Positions 57,468 to 64,000 of a stretch of DNA of 64,000 nt are shown here, in pieces. The notes under the pieces were generated by a model, which worked only from the letters and a program-made list of their open reading frames with translations, ran no database searches and had not been told where the DNA came from. Source of the DNA: Paragordius varius (Eukaryota > Animalia > Nematomorpha); assembly GCA_964247055.1 (NCBI GenBank), contig OZ176053.1, forward strand, positions 10,292,001-10,356,000, given 5' to 3'. The position numbers and the translations under genes are program-made. Each line of letters opens with the position of its first letter. Position 1 is the first letter of the stretch.

Positions 57468-57560
57468 AGATTGGTGGTAAAGTGGTTGATGCGTTGGCCT
57501 TTTGCACTATGCGTGTGAGTATACTAGAGTTCCTATAACCTCGAAATTACCTAATTTCCC
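57468..57560 (+). mobile_element. Degenerate tRNA-derived SINE-like head related to 2111-2185
   Basis: A-box-like TGGTAAAGTGG; GCACTATGCGTG...CTAGAGTTC...ACCTCGAAATTAC aligns loosely with ACACTGCGTGCCAGAGTTCGAACCCCGAAACTAC. Confidence 0.4.
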
Positions 57561-59983
57561 GTAATTAATTTCAAACTTAGGTCGACGAGCTCTAACCTTT
57601 CAGGCCGTTTAGTAAAATTTAAGTCCCAACCCTTCCTCCTAGAATCCGTTTGCGCGGCGAGTTAATAATTATAATGTATGAAATATATTGTTTCTATACC
57701 ATTTGATTTTTACTGTAATCAATTAATATTAATCATAATCAATAGTTTTAAATTGATTTCTTAAGGGTCCATACTTTAATAAATATTCCCAAACTGTATG
57801 TTTTGGCTTTTAATTCCATTTCAATTACATAAACCAATATGCTAGAAATTATTTTTTCAAGCGTGTAATTCGTGTGAGAGATACTGAGAAAAGCCCTAAA
57901 GTTTTTACATAAAAACATAATTAACATACTGACTTAGATATTTGTTTATTATACATGATTAAAAATGTTTTATAGTGTTATACTTTTTGATAACATATTT
58001 TCGATAATTTATCAAAAAAGTGCTTAGGTAACTGTTTAAGAATGCAGAAATTTGCCCATTAATCATCTATAAGTATGTAATTCATTATCATAAATGTTGT
58101 AAAAAGTTACTAATTACAGTTAAAAGTAAACACTTTTTGTGTGATTATTCATTCAAAACAGAGGAGAGAAAGAATTATTAGAAAGTGATCGAGCATACCA
58201 AGGAAATAGGCAAAATGTGCAAGTGATTTATTACATTTTAAGTGTAGAACACACACATACAAACAAAATATTAACTGAAACTATACAAAAATCTATAGGT
58301 AATTTTTCAACCAATGTATTATATGGGTTGTATAAATGTTTTATTTCAACAATAAATATATTTTTCAGTATAATATCTACAATTTTTATTTAATTTTTGT
58401 TAAAATTTAATTTAATTAATATAATAAAATTAATCTTTTTACAAATTGTTAACATCATCATCATCTGCTCCATTCCTACGAACTGAATTTCCTAAAAGAA
58501 AAAAATCAAATGACAATCAACTCTTGAAGTATATTTATTTTTTATAGTAAAAATGTTAAATTTGATTACACACACTAAAAAAGGTATTAAAATGGATATA
58601 TTAGTTATATTAATATTTATATTTCTTAATCTTACATATTTTACCTTTATTAAACATTAAAGCTTTTGGTAGACTCGCACACACCTCTAAAAAAAATAAT
58701 CCTGAAAATCATTGTTTAAGTTGATTTTTAAAACAAAAAGTATTTAGGATTCATTATTATATCTTTAGAGAAGGAGACGGATATTTTTGCCTTATGAAGG
58801 CTTTTAAATCTTGTAAAATTTCTTAACCATGCATGCATACATAACAGAAATCAATAATTTTGGCTTGGGTTACCACGCTATATCTTGTTATGGTTTAAGT
58901 TAGTTTATATATTACATATATAAAACAATGTGAACTTTTATTGCGTTCTTTACTAAAGGGAAATAATTTGCGACACATACAGGAATTTTCAAGTGTTGCG
59001 ACATCTTTGTCGTAATAAGCTTCTTAAAAAAGTTAATAATATACGCCTTTTTATTTAAATCTTATAACGTGTGACTGTCACGCTTAAATATATAGATAAT
59101 AATGTACGAAACGTAGTTGCATTTACCATAAGTAGATGATAACTGCACCATTTCTCCACACACACTCCTCTTTGCCTTGGGATTTTATTGATTTTATTTT
59201 TTATCCTTTTTTAATTTTTTACGTTTTTTTTCATCATTACTAAACACAAACTATTTATTGGTCGTGTAGAGAGCTTACTGCTACGCTGTTTTTGTGTCAT
59301 TTTTGTATAAATGTATATACTATGTAATCCAAACTTCCTATGTATGGTGCAATCAGAGCATACGTAATATTATACATATTTAAAAGTCCATAACATAACA
59401 TTCAACATTATTGCAAAACATAGTATAATCAAATGTTTAAGTTTTTCATTAATGTCATTTCATGATGAGGTAAGGCAATGAATGTATCCAACACGCATAT
59501 AGAGATTTTATATTACTAAATCAATGGGGGAAATTTACTGTTTCCTTAATTTTGTTATTACTGATTAAAATCCTGCATGTAAATATATTTAGTATTCAAA
59601 TCCTTAAATCATTTTGCATTATGCAAATATTGATTGCGCTGTCCTTAAATCAAAATCAAAAAAGATATTTATTTATACGGATTGCGATGGTTCGTAAATC
59701 ATATTATATATACACAAAAGGCAATTGATATTGCTTAATTTATGTGTGTGTTTCGATTAGTATAACTAATTTTTACAATTATTTTTATACATCTTAACCC
59801 AATAATTCTTATTCTAAAGGGCGGAGACTTTACCATGATTAATGAATGAAAAAATATCCTCTATCATATATCTCCTAATAAAATTCATAATCGGAATGCA
59901 AAAATCTTATCCACAAAAAATGTAATGAGGATTCTAATAATAATAATAAAAATATTCGATAAATTATTGTAAATCCACACATA

Positions 59984-62561
<2,578 letters not shown>

Positions 62562-64000
62562 TAAGTTTTTCGGATTGAAATATTTTCTTTCGCTCTACAA
62601 TACATCCAATTATGTCTGTACATTTGATAGTTATTATCCATTAAATTTGCTTTTGTAACAATAAAAACTAATCAATAAAAAATAGCGTAAGAATGACGGA
62701 TGAATGATTTTTTTAAAATAGCAATAATAATAATAATTAGACAGGCAATTAATAACGCCATTTATACTATTAGCTTAGGGATTTTTTGCAATGGTGCGAC
62801 GTTTAAAAAAGGGGGATTAGGGGAGAAGTTCTTTTTTGAAAAAAAAATGATAATTAAAAGGAATAAACTTTAATATTCTGTCATGCCTTTTTTATTTTTG
62901 CAAATTTATATGTTAATTGTCTCTCTATATAAACAATATAACTACTGTTTTTATCACTCAATTTTCGTATAAGAACATTGAATTAATTAACTCAAGTTTT
63001 TATATGATTGAAAGAATATATAATTTCTTGAGATCTTACAAAGTTTTTTTTGCATAATATTCAGTCCAGTTGAATGTATTATATATTATATATACCAATT
63101 AATAGTTGTAATAAATGCAATCTCAAATTAAGGATAAAAGATGACAGACGTCGTACAGAAATTGATAAAATCTATATATGTAATGATACATAAAATAAGT
63201 AATTGAATGAATCCATTATTATATATATGTTTTAGTGAAATAAAAGTTATAATGAGTGTTTAGGAGAGGTCAATAATCTGTATGAATTCATTTAAGTTGC
63301 CAATCTATATTAGTTTGAATTAGTTTAATGATAATTTTGAAATAACTTTTTATTGATAAACAAACAATGCTTTAAAATTTATGACATGCTTTTTTTAACC
63401 ATATGAATTCGAATGGTTTTCCAATTAATATTTATATACATTTTTTATGAAAGAAATGTCCTTGAAAGTTATCCCCAGAGTTAAATAATTGTCTAATAAA
63501 ATATATTTAAAAACCATAAATTTAAAATTTCTATAATATAATATAACTTCAAGATAATGAAAATTATGTTGAATAAATAAATTTTATAATTTTGGACAAT
63601 TTACATATCCAAATATAATATATCATTGTTAAAATAAAATATATTTTGTATATGTAAATGGCTTAATTTTTTTATAAGTTTGGTTAAATACGCACCAACA
63701 ATATAAAAATTATGAATTTTTAGCTGTATAGCGCAACGAAATATGGAAAAAAGGTTTGTCTGCAAAAGTTTTAATTTTATAATATTTCCAATTAGAATAC
63801 ATAATGTCACCCACATTTAATTCACAATAAACTTTTACGATTGCTAAAAAATAAAAAGGTGAATTGATCTAATATCCTCTCTTTCTTAATTTAAATTTGA
63901 AATACTATATTTAATAACTTTCGATACCGTTGTACTTTAATAAATAAAATATTATCGCAATTTTTAGAGTATTCGCTGGTTTTTTATAAATGTTAACTTT

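Overview
Very AT-rich, intron-rich metazoan (invertebrate-type) genomic DNA; the species cannot be assigned from the sequence. Nearly all ORF-track entries are single exons or noise, so genes were rebuilt by hand from GT-AG exon chains and family motifs recalled from memory (no database search run). Eight genes were found: the 3' part of a sideroflexin (SFXN5-like, +); a complete SID-1/SIDT transmembrane protein (-); a whirlin/PDZD7-like PDZ protein (+) starting head-to-head 69 nt from the SID-1 start; QDPR (-); SETD2/Set2 (+); an intronless HMMR/RHAMM (+); PTPN11/SHP2-corkscrew (+); and the 5' part of a BRSK/SAD kinase (+). Mobile DNA includes two decayed non-LTR retrotransposons, three copies of a non-autonomous Helitron (A|TC...hairpin-CTAG|T), a ~3.7 kb foldback with ~1.1 kb inverted arms, several MITE families and tRNA-derived SINE-like copies. 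The most striking observation is a class of ultra-short 21-25 nt GT-AG introns. Three are required to keep conserved reading frames open and three more are candidates. All six lie among the most 5' introns of their genes, while every other intron that could be resolved is about 65 nt or longer.
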